Below, in pieces: positions 56,677-64,000 of a DNA stretch of 64,000 bases. Position numbers and translations under genes: made by a program. The notes under the pieces are model-generated. The model saw nothing but the letters and a program-made list of their open reading frames with translations, was not told the origin of the DNA and made no database searches. Location of the stretch: the NCBI GenBank assembly GCA_002366595.1, contig DFBK01000011.1:13540-77539 (forward strand), given 5' to 3'. How positions within the stretch are numbered: the first letter of the stretch is position 1; every line of letters starts with the position of its first letter. The stretch comes from Anaerolineales bacterium UBA3082. GTDB lineage: Bacteria; Chloroflexota; Anaerolineae; UBA7937.

Positions 56677-57651
56677 TCAGCCATAAGTCCGCGCCCGCTG
56701 CTTATTGAGCCAGAGCCAGTATCGCAGACATCCCTCTTCGAGGCCGATGTCTGGTTTCCATCCAAGTACTTGTTGGGCCAGGGTGATGTCTAGTACGTTG
56801 ATAGGGACATCAAAAGGCCGACTTGCGCTGTAGTTCACCACCAACTTCCGTCCCATAACTCCTTCGACCACTTCGAGCAGATCATTAAGGCTGATGCCTC
56901 TCCCGCTACCTACGTTCATTAGTCGGGTGGAGGGCATCCGCTCAAGCAGCTTACAAACTGCTACACCCAAATCGTCAACGTGGAAGTAGTCTCGGATAAC
57001 GCTGCCGTCTCCCCAGATCTCAAAGGGCTGTTCTGTTAGAGCTGCGTTCAACATAGCTGCTATTACCCCTTGCCTGCGCCCAAGATCTTGACGCTCACCA
57101 TAGGGATTGGCACAACGCAGGATGTAGTATCTCACCCCGTGCAGATGGTAAAAAAGGTACAAATACTTCTCAACAGCAAGATTTGTGATACCATATGAGC
57201 AGACGGGGCTTGTGGGATGGCTCTCCGATATTGGATTACTCTGTGGTATACCATAGACTGTGCCCCCGGACGAGATGTAGATGATCACGCTGTTTCCCAG
57301 CTTTGTTGCTTCTTCGAGCAACCCCAGGGCTCCTACTATCGTAGTCTGAACATCTTGCACAGGGTCAAGATTGGACTCAGCAGGCAAGCTTGTACCGATG
57401 CAATGAATCACAACTTCAACGCTTTGCAGAGCAGCTCTAAGGGCCTTGCGATCAAGGAAATCACCCACAACGAAGTCAATCTGTTGATCAATTTCTCGCC
57501 GTCCCGTAAGCGGTTTTGCTGTGCGACTGAATACCCTTACAGGGTAACCCTGACACACCAGTTCCTCAGCAATGTGAGATCCGATGAAGCCGGCTCCCAA
57601 GACCAGACAGTTCTGCTTCTTTGGCTGTCTAGTATCAGCCTCGGAAGTCAT
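56677..57651 (-). CDS. NAD-dependent epimerase/dehydratase (extended SDR)
   Basis: 'NCLVLGAGFIGSHIAEELVCQGYPVRVFSR' Rossmann motif, 'YISSGGTVYG' and 'YGITNLAVEKY' (Y-x3-K). Confidence 0.8.
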   Translation of the reverse strand: MTSEADTRQPKKQNCLVLGAGFIGSHIAEELVCQGYPVRVFSRTAKPLTGRREIDQQIDFVVGDFLDRKALRAALQSVEVVIHCIGTSLPAESNLDPVQDVQTTIVGALGLLEEATKLGNSVIIYISSGGTVYGIPQSNPISESHPTSPVCSYGITNLAVEKYLYLFYHLHGVRYYILRCANPYGERQDLGRRQGVIAAMLNAALTEQPFEIWGDGSVIRDYFHVDDLGVAVCKLLERMPSTRLMNVGSGRGISLNDLLEVVEGVMGRKLVVNYSASRPFDVPINVLDITLAQQVLGWKPDIGLEEGCLRYWLWLNKQRARTYG

Positions 57652-57714
57652 TGTGCTATTCCCTTGACAGCAGGTTTTTCCCTGGTAGCGAGTGCCCTTT
57701 GATATTGGTACATA

Positions 57715-58218
57715 CCCATCTACAATACCTCGATGTTCACTAACAACCGCTCAAATCGTGTCCAGTTTTAGGGGGGCGCTTCACGCGCTATTGCACCAAA
57801 TCGGACTTTTGAACGAGCAATAGTATATCTAACGGTTTCTGTTCAATCCTATTCGATCGTTTAGAGAAAACCCGGTTCTCCAGATGGCAGATGAATAGTA
57901 GGGGAAGAGGGAGTCCGGTTCTGTGGCACATCCTTAGAACCCACCGGCTCCATCGAAGAAGAGCTACGTCCTCCTTGATAATTGAAAACCCTGCTAACTC
58001 AAGCTCGTGAAGTATCTCTTCCCTAGAGAAGCCTTGCACCACATGATCCAGATGATAGAAAGGGGGCGGTAAAAGCGGAACACTTACCAGAAGCTTGCCA
58101 TGGGGACGAAGAACCCGCCACATTTCTCGCAGTGCATCCTGGCGTGCCGCCAAATGTTCGATAACCTCTATGCACAGCAGCGTATCAAACGATTGGTCTG
58201 CAAAAGGCAACATCTCCG
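57715..58218. repeat. Direct repeat copy B (partner of 55975-56478)
   Basis: See copy A. This copy is the 3' half of the intact methyltransferase gene plus the downstream spacer. Confidence 0.9.
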
Positions 58219-58621
58219 CCGACGCTTGCGCGACAAATGCCTTCGAAAGACGTTTTGCACAAAGTCGCCACTGCGTAAGTTCTACATGTTTCCTGTCGAA
58301 ATCTATCCCTCCTACCCAACTAGAGCGGGAAGCAAGCGTTTCAAGCATATACATGCCCCCGCCGCACCCAACATCAAGACATCGCCCCAAATCTTCCTGC
58401 GGTAACAACCGCTCGACGATGGGCATCTGAGCCGCCCCTCGAACCGTGTTGCCATTTGCCAGGAATAAACGTCCCATTACCTTGGCCCACTCACCTATGC
58501 GCCAACGTAGGGTGATCTTGGGCTGGCGTCGTGCTATTGAATCATCTTGTTTGAAACCCCGTTGTGTCATCGAAGGCTTACACCTTTCATACTGGCGAGA
58601 GTAGACTGGTGAGCAATGCAC
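57788..58621 (-). CDS. Class I SAM-dependent methyltransferase
   Basis: Motif I 'CLDVGCGGGMYMLETLA', acidic post-I 'GIDFD', and motif II/III 'FDTLLCIEVIEHL'. Confidence 0.8.
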   Translation of the reverse strand: MHCSPVYSRQYERCKPSMTQRGFKQDDSIARRQPKITLRWRIGEWAKVMGRLFLANGNTVRGAAQMPIVERLLPQEDLGRCLDVGCGGGMYMLETLASRSSWVGGIDFDRKHVELTQWRLCAKRLSKAFVAQASAEMLPFADQSFDTLLCIEVIEHLAARQDALREMWRVLRPHGKLLVSVPLLPPPFYHLDHVVQGFSREEILHELELAGFSIIKEDVALLRWSRWVLRMCHRTGLPLPLLFICHLENRVFSKRSNRIEQKPLDILLLVQKSDLVQ

Positions 58622-58646
58622 CCTCAGTTATTAGCAGAGGTGCACC

Positions 58647-60491
58647 TCACTCACTACACTGGCCAACAAAACCAGTGGGTAACCGCGCGAACGCACCTAA
58701 ACCTGGACACGTCTTTCCCAGTAGTCTTTGCCAATCTGCGACCGAGAACCTGGTAGTCTCGACTCGTCTGAGATGCATCTGCTGAAACCAGACATCACCT
58801 ATGCCATAATTCATCACCGCGATATAGGGATCAAGTGGCGTTAGCTCGGGATTCAAAATCAAAAAACTAGCCCTCACCCAGTCCCCATCCGTTGCTGCCA
58901 ACTGATAAAAAACAGTACTGTTGTTTCGCTTATCCACCACGGTAATGGCAGCTTTTTGTTGGCCCGCAACATCCGTCCGGTAGCCAAAAGTAAGCAGATT
59001 AATAGACCCTGGGGCTAACTGAACCGGTGCACGAAACACAGCGCGCGGGAAGTGGATGTTTCCGGACACATCCCGGGTCCAAACCCCCTGGATACGCACA
59101 GAAGGGAGGCCGTTGAGAACCTCTGCATAGTCTAGTCCCCCAACGAAGAATCGGGCTTGTTGAAAACTGTCGTCAGGCCAGATTAACCACTGCCAAGCAT
59201 CTGGTTGATCTTGTTGATCCCTTCTTGCTCCGAAGGCACCATTTGCCAGTATATCTTGCCCTAACTGTATTTGAATCTGTGCCTGCCCCAAGAGAGAAGT
59301 CAGACGGGTGGATTCGTTGTACTCTTTGTCAAATTCTGCCTGCAATGAGAACGCCGAAGCCTGATCTCCGGTCGATTGATAAGCCTGAACCAGCAATTCA
59401 GTTCCTCGAAGGTCTGCCGGGCGTAGCTGGTGATAGCGTTCAAGCAGTTCGGCGGCACGCTTCCAATGTCCCACTCTTCCCAGCACTTCGCCAGCCACTA
59501 GATAAATCTGAGCATTTTCGGCAGCAACTTCCATGGATGAGGACACGGTTGAATCAACCTTCGTAGCGCTCGGTTCAGGCGAAAGCTTTAAGTTGAGCAC
59601 GTGCCAGATGGCACTGTTGGGAAATCGTGCCAGCATCTCGACAACAAGGTTCTGTGCGTCCTGTCGCCGTCCGCGCCAATCTAATAAGGAAGTTAGCTTA
59701 TAAACATCGTTCTCACCCCATATTCGCCGATCAAGCAGAGCCAGTGCCACGCTACCCCAGTCTTCTGGTGCCTCCAGGGTGGAAGGCAGAGTGAAATACC
59801 TGAGTTCAGTGCGCAGCGCCTCCGCCTCTTCGGTCTTACCCCTGAGGCTTAGAACCTGTTCGAGCCGATACAGACTCTGTAAATTGTTGTACTTGATCTC
59901 CAGCGATTTTCTGAAAACATCCTCTGCTTTAGCAAGTTGTCCTTGTTCCAGGTACTGCTTGCCACCCATCACGAGGCTGGACAGTAGCCGTTCCCGGGCC
60001 CAAGGCCATTTTTCTGGCAACCGATCCCAGAAAATCTCGTACCAATAGGCCGCAGAAGGATAATTAGCCACGACAAATTGATGGTTGGCGATTGCTAGGG
60101 CACTAAAAAGATCCAAATCGGACGCTTTCATCTGGTTAGCGGTCAGCCAGTCTTCCATGTCACGATCTTGTCGAATGGCGTAAGACAACACCTGTGCGTC
60201 CTTGACCCTTATGCCCTCAGGATCTACTATCCTGGCAGCCGACAAAACGTTAACAACTCGCAATAGGCCACCGCTATGTACATCACTTGCCAGCCCTTGT
60301 CCGATGAAAAACATATGCTCGTCAGGAGCCGGGGGACGTACAGCGATGTAATCCATAAGGGTGTGCAGACTATCTATCCGCAATGCGTTGACGAACCCAA
60401 GGCGCACGATAGGCCTGACGTTCAACAGAACCAAGATGCCTATAGCGATAAACATTAAGCGTACACGAACAGATAGATACTTACTCCGCAT
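58647..60491 (-). CDS. Membrane-anchored TPR-repeat protein (614 aa)
   Basis: N-terminal TM ('LMFIAIGILVLLNV') followed by multiple TPR-like hairpins ('YLEQGQLAKAEDVFRKSLEIKYNNLQSLYRLEQVLSLRGKTEEAEAL', 'AQIYLVAGEVLGRVGHWKRAAELLERYHQL', 'LLVQAYQSTGDQASAFSL'). The C-terminal ~200 aa form a beta-rich domain. Confidence 0.7.
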   Translation of the reverse strand: MRSKYLSVRVRLMFIAIGILVLLNVRPIVRLGFVNALRIDSLHTLMDYIAVRPPAPDEHMFFIGQGLASDVHSGGLLRVVNVLSAARIVDPEGIRVKDAQVLSYAIRQDRDMEDWLTANQMKASDLDLFSALAIANHQFVVANYPSAAYWYEIFWDRLPEKWPWARERLLSSLVMGGKQYLEQGQLAKAEDVFRKSLEIKYNNLQSLYRLEQVLSLRGKTEEAEALRTELRYFTLPSTLEAPEDWGSVALALLDRRIWGENDVYKLTSLLDWRGRRQDAQNLVVEMLARFPNSAIWHVLNLKLSPEPSATKVDSTVSSSMEVAAENAQIYLVAGEVLGRVGHWKRAAELLERYHQLRPADLRGTELLVQAYQSTGDQASAFSLQAEFDKEYNESTRLTSLLGQAQIQIQLGQDILANGAFGARRDQQDQPDAWQWLIWPDDSFQQARFFVGGLDYAEVLNGLPSVRIQGVWTRDVSGNIHFPRAVFRAPVQLAPGSINLLTFGYRTDVAGQQKAAITVVDKRNNSTVFYQLAATDGDWVRASFLILNPELTPLDPYIAVMNYGIGDVWFQQMHLRRVETTRFSVADWQRLLGKTCPGLGAFARLPTGFVGQCSE

Positions 60492-61638
60492 CGCGAATTG
60501 AGTGTCCTAAGAGCCAGTTGGCGCAGTCTTCAATGTTTTGGACCGATGGGTTGAGTTTGTACGTAATAGACCTCGTACCAGCAAATGAATTGTATAGATT
60601 CAACAAAGAGAAAGGCGCAACAGCCTTAGCATACCGCTGCAGACGCCTGTAGACCAAGTAAGCCCGCACTCGAAGAGGAAGCTTGCGCAACTTCTCTTCA
60701 GAAGCCGCTTCCTCCACGCCTAGCTCCAACCTTCGTTTTCGCCAAAGGCGTAACTGGTAATCACAGCCTGCGTAGTACTCTCTCAAATTTTTTAGTTCAT
60801 ATGGACAGTGGTTTAAGTACCGCAGCTTAACTCTCTGTAATGTTGCATAATGTCCGTTAACAAAGAAGTTGCCCGCCAACGGTAGCATAATTCCCCTCAT
60901 CACTTCCGGGTCTTTCAGCACCGCGTAGCTCTGCTTCCGTGAATCTGTGAAAATATCACTCACCCCGATTGATGTAGAACCTCTGCCCAACAGAACGAGT
61001 TGCTTACGAATTTCAACACATCTGGAGCAGTGCAGCAGGGCAGAGGCGAGACAATAGTAATCTGGGTGAATAGGTTGATACGGGCCTTCTTCTTCAGATA
61101 TCTGTTCCAGGAGATGCTTGGCATAGCAAACTGGCTGTGTTGGGAAAGGAACGTCGAGTGTGGTGTATATGCTCTCAAGCAACGGCGCAGTATCCAGCAA
61201 GCATGTCGTGGCGTCACCTGTCTGAATCACCAAAGTGTTCCTTTGCCGCTTGACAAAGAAGTCGTTAGGATAATATACGGCATTGTAAGAAGACAGGAGG
61301 GACGGCCCGTTCCATTCTCGGATGGCTTTTGCATAGCTTTCTAAACAGTCAGGGAGCAAGAAGTCATCATCTCCGATACAAATCAGGTATTGCCCTGTAG
61401 CCTGGCGGTATGCATTATTCCAGTTGGCAACGCCCGGAACATCACAGCCAGTATTCACATACTTGATCCGCCGATCTGCGAAGCCGGTCACCATCGAACC
61501 CGTTCCATCAGAAGAATTATTGTCAGAAATCACAAGTTCAAAATCATGCCAGGTCTGCTGCAGAACAGACCGGATGGCAAACTGAAGCAAGTGTGCTCTA
61601 TTCTTTGTAGGGATCAACATCGAGAAGGTGGGTTCCAT
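60481..61638 (-). CDS. Glycosyltransferase family 2
   Basis: 'FSMLIPTKNRAHLLQFAIRSVLQQTWHDFELVISDNNSSDGT' and DxD 'ICIGDDDFLLPD'. Confidence 0.85.
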   Translation of the reverse strand: MEPTFSMLIPTKNRAHLLQFAIRSVLQQTWHDFELVISDNNSSDGTGSMVTGFADRRIKYVNTGCDVPGVANWNNAYRQATGQYLICIGDDDFLLPDCLESYAKAIREWNGPSLLSSYNAVYYPNDFFVKRQRNTLVIQTGDATTCLLDTAPLLESIYTTLDVPFPTQPVCYAKHLLEQISEEEGPYQPIHPDYYCLASALLHCSRCVEIRKQLVLLGRGSTSIGVSDIFTDSRKQSYAVLKDPEVMRGIMLPLAGNFFVNGHYATLQRVKLRYLNHCPYELKNLREYYAGCDYQLRLWRKRRLELGVEEAASEEKLRKLPLRVRAYLVYRRLQRYAKAVAPFSLLNLYNSFAGTRSITYKLNPSVQNIEDCANWLLGHSIRDAE

Positions 61639-61694
61639 AGGCTGTTGTAACTAACTTTCAGACAGGTTCACTTCCGGTTACACGGATGTTGTTG

Positions 61695-63074
61695 TCAAGT
61701 AGTGAGTTTCTGATCGATTGCGGCTCTACACATTAATGGATAGAGAATAGTAGCCGGAACCGATAGAAAGACAAAAGCAACCATGATGCCTACAACCCCC
61801 ATCTGCCGCCCCAGGCATATTGAAATCGGCACGACCAGAATGTTGGTCAGAACTCCCAACACAAGTTGGCCTCGTAATAAACCAAACCCATTGAGCACAA
61901 TCGAGTAGGTGCTGTTCCATACGTACATGATTGTCCATATAGCCATCATGACAACCAGACCCGTATTGTCAATCTGCTTTCCAGTCCATATCCATAACAA
62001 CGGTCGGTAGAAAGCTACCATGACCAAGCAGCCACCAGTCATCAGTGCCACGCTGGCCCAGGCCAGGCGGCGCATGGCAGATCTAGCCCAGGGCCAATCG
62101 CCAGCGGCCTGTGCGTCTGTGAACGCAGACCAGAAAGGCGTTATGATGGATAGGTGAAAACCAATTAACAAGAAGAACAACCGCTGCACCACATTGAAAT
62201 CTCCTGCCGCATCTAGGCCCAGCACTTGGCTGGTTATATAGGTGTTCGAATACATTCCAATTGCAGATAGCATCGAAAGAAGCCAAAACTGCAAGCCAAG
62301 GCCCGCCAGGTCGCGGATGCAGGCTACAAGCTCATTCCTGCCAATTTGGACCAGACGCCAGCCCCGACTTCTTTGAAAAACGATCAGTCCCGCTAATCCT
62401 GATAGCGTAAATGATCCGAAGAATACTGACGTAACCACGTAAAACGGAGCCCGGAGCGCAATCGCTAATGACACGAAGATCAAAGCTCCCAGTTTGGGCA
62501 ACGCATCAAACGGTGCATTCCAAAACGAACTCTGGTATGCAAAAAAACCGGCGCTGTATAGCTGTAAAGGAATAAGTAGCAAGATCAAGTTTGCAATGAC
62601 TGCCAGCCAGCAGACTCCCTGAGTCGCGAGCCTCAAGTCGGCGATATTGAAGACGGATGTCCAGGGGATGATTGGAGACAGGGTTGTCAGAAGAATACCG
62701 ACGAGCACTACGAGGAAAAGAAGTGTGTATAGGGTCGAAAAGAAGTACTGGCGGGCTGTCTGGTCTTTGGATGCGTCGCCGGCCCATGCGGCCAGCTTGT
62801 TCCGTAGCCCGTTACTTACTCCAAAATCCAGGCTTCCACTTAGAGCCATGAAAGAGGTGAGCACGGCGTACAACCCAAATTCCTCACGTGAGAAGTAGCG
62901 GGTGATCATGCCCAACATGAGGAAATTGGCCACCATGCCCAAAATGCGGCCCCCAACCATCGCCCCAGACCCAGCAACTGCATTGCGTAATCTTATATTC
63001 TGAGATAAAGTGGCCTTGAGAGCGAAGCCGAACTGATTCGTCATAAACAACTTCCTATCAGCGCTGTGTATCAT
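61695..63074 (-). CDS. wzx: Oligosaccharide flippase (Wzx, MOP superfamily polysaccharide biosynthesis protein)
   Basis: ~12-14 TM helices. The N-terminal 'ALKATLSQNIRLRNAVAGSGAMVGGRILGMVANFLMLGMITRYFSREEFGLYAVLTSFMAL' is the Polysacc_synt family beginning. The likely start is the internal 'MTNQFGF' (~63044). Confidence 0.8.
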   Translation of the reverse strand: MIHSADRKLFMTNQFGFALKATLSQNIRLRNAVAGSGAMVGGRILGMVANFLMLGMITRYFSREEFGLYAVLTSFMALSGSLDFGVSNGLRNKLAAWAGDASKDQTARQYFFSTLYTLLFLVVLVGILLTTLSPIIPWTSVFNIADLRLATQGVCWLAVIANLILLLIPLQLYSAGFFAYQSSFWNAPFDALPKLGALIFVSLAIALRAPFYVVTSVFFGSFTLSGLAGLIVFQRSRGWRLVQIGRNELVACIRDLAGLGLQFWLLSMLSAIGMYSNTYITSQVLGLDAAGDFNVVQRLFFLLIGFHLSIITPFWSAFTDAQAAGDWPWARSAMRRLAWASVALMTGGCLVMVAFYRPLLWIWTGKQIDNTGLVVMMAIWTIMYVWNSTYSIVLNGFGLLRGQLVLGVLTNILVVPISICLGRQMGVVGIMVAFVFLSVPATILYPLMCRAAIDQKLTT

Positions 63075-63313
63075 TCTTACTTAGAGTTTCCGAGCGGCTG
63101 AGCGCGTGCTAATCACTTTGTTTCTCTTTGCCATGGACAAAACAAGGATGGAGTCGAGCGTGCAACGCAACGTTCGGACGGCGTTCTAGGCCAGCACGCA
63201 CACACTGACCAGCAGATAAGCAGGTTCTTGTGAGCTGGACTCATAGCCCTCGCTTGTATATCATATTTCTCAAAGCGTCATCCCAGCTGTACCGGCTATC
63301 CACCATCAGTGGG

Positions 63314-64000
63314 CTATCTTGGGGGACAGTCCTCGGCCAACTCTCGAATTTGATAGAGCAGTATCAACTCATTAGTACACTTGAGCTCGTCTCGAATTTG
63401 CCGCTCGATCTCTCGCTGGAACGCCCGAGATGAGATCAGAATTGGTTCTGATCTGCCCTTAGAATCGGCTGGAGCAATAATTGGGATCCCATTCAACTGC
63501 TTGCCCTGATAGTGAGAATTAGAATCCACAAAAGCGCAGATGTTTGACTCGGTCAGCTTACTTGTAGCTAATAGCCTTAACGTATGTGTGCCAACTCCCC
63601 ACACAATAATGGGTCTACCACTGGCTGCAAGGTCATCAATCATTTGGCGTATGCGGTCGTCAACTTTCTGCGATTGGCGGATATATTCGACCAAGCCTTG
63701 CTCTGTCTCCAGATCCCGTACAGGATGTGCCGGGCGCAAATCGTCCTTCTTGAATATGGCGGAGATGACTGGCATCGTTGTACCATAACTCTGCTCACGT
63801 GCGTCTTGCCGACAGAAAACCTGAACAAAGCCATTTGACTGCATCAGATTGGCAAGAGAAGTAGCGGAAAAGAAGTTAATATGCTCGGTGCTGAATTGTT
63901 GAAAAGGGGCATCCGGCCAGCGCGCAAACTGAGTGGCATCTGGCACTTCCACAAACATCAGCCCTTCTGTGGAGAGCATGTAACGCGTTTTGGCCAGCGC
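63314..64000 (-). CDS. SAM-dependent methyltransferase with C-methyltransferase-like C-terminal domain (partial; 5' end beyond window)
   Basis: The ORF remains open to the window edge. 'GLMFVEVPDATQF' is a post-motif III MT region. The C-terminal 'GRPIIVWGVGTHTLRLLATSKL...ICAFVDSNSHYQGKQLNGIPII' resembles the Rossmann-like C-terminal domain of sugar C-methyltransferases. Confidence 0.6.
   Translation of the reverse strand, partial: ALAKTRYMLSTEGLMFVEVPDATQFARWPDAPFQQFSTEHINFFSATSLANLMQSNGFVQVFCRQDAREQSYGTTMPVISAIFKKDDLRPAHPVRDLETEQGLVEYIRQSQKVDDRIRQMIDDLAASGRPIIVWGVGTHTLRLLATSKLTESNICAFVDSNSHYQGKQLNGIPIIAPADSKGRSEPILISSRAFQREIERQIRDELKCTNELILLYQIRELAEDCPPR

Noticed and set aside
1-64000. Search for CRISPR arrays, tRNA/rRNA genes, transposases and integrases
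   Set aside because: No regularly spaced short direct repeats, no tRNA-like cloverleaf candidates and no transposase or integrase motifs were noticed. The only repeats are the gene-associated duplications reported above.

Overview
This 64 kb window is a single, densely packed glycan-biosynthesis supercluster in which every confidently called gene lies on the minus strand, with many 1-4 bp start/stop overlaps. I recognised no rRNA, tRNA, CRISPR array, transposase or integrase. The composition suggests a high-GC bacterium, but the source organism cannot be identified from sequence alone.

The cluster mixes parts of three envelope-glycan assembly logics:
- **ABC-transporter-dependent module:** a Wzt ATPase with a C-terminal carbohydrate-binding extension, and a Wzm ABC-2 permease about 10 kb away. 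Next to Wzt are a GT2 with a long coiled-coil tail, a standalone coiled-coil protein, several GT4s and a SAM methyltransferase. This resembles a split WbdD/WbdA-type chain-terminator and ruler.
- **Wzx/Wzy-dependent parts:** a Wzx flippase, two Wzy_C-domain membrane proteins, a Wzc-like co-polymerase/BY-kinase, and two initiating phosphoglycosyltransferases (WbaP-like large and PglC-like small) plus a GT26 WecB/TagA enzyme.
- **GT-C-like membrane proteins:** five large polytopic proteins resembling the ArnT/PMT family, one carrying tandem C-terminal repeat domains. Alongside them are a secreted FG-GAP beta-propeller protein and a secreted clan GH-A glycoside hydrolase.

Embedded between these is a complete GDP-D-glycero-alpha-D-manno-heptose cassette (gmhA, hddA, gmhB, hddC) with an Fsa/TalC-type transaldolase. 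It sits beside a nucleotide-sugar dehydrogenase, a Gfo/Idh/MocA oxidoreductase, an SDR, and an extended-SDR epimerase bearing an unusual four-cysteine zinc-ribbon insertion. A geranylgeranyl-reductase-family flavoenzyme next to Wzc may saturate the polyprenol carrier.

The right-hand ~17 kb (from ~46.6 kb) is markedly lower in GC than the rest. It carries the Wzx/Wzy genes together with a frameshifted carbamoyltransferase, a ~500 bp duplication of a methyltransferase 3' half flanking an epimerase gene, and a truncated methyltransferase remnant. This is consistent with a horizontally acquired, partly decaying module. Elsewhere there is a ~290 bp tandem duplication of a GT-C gene's 3' end and a GT2 pseudogene remnant translationally coupled to a flippase-like membrane protein.

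All functional assignments are motif-level calls made by eye; none has been checked against databases.
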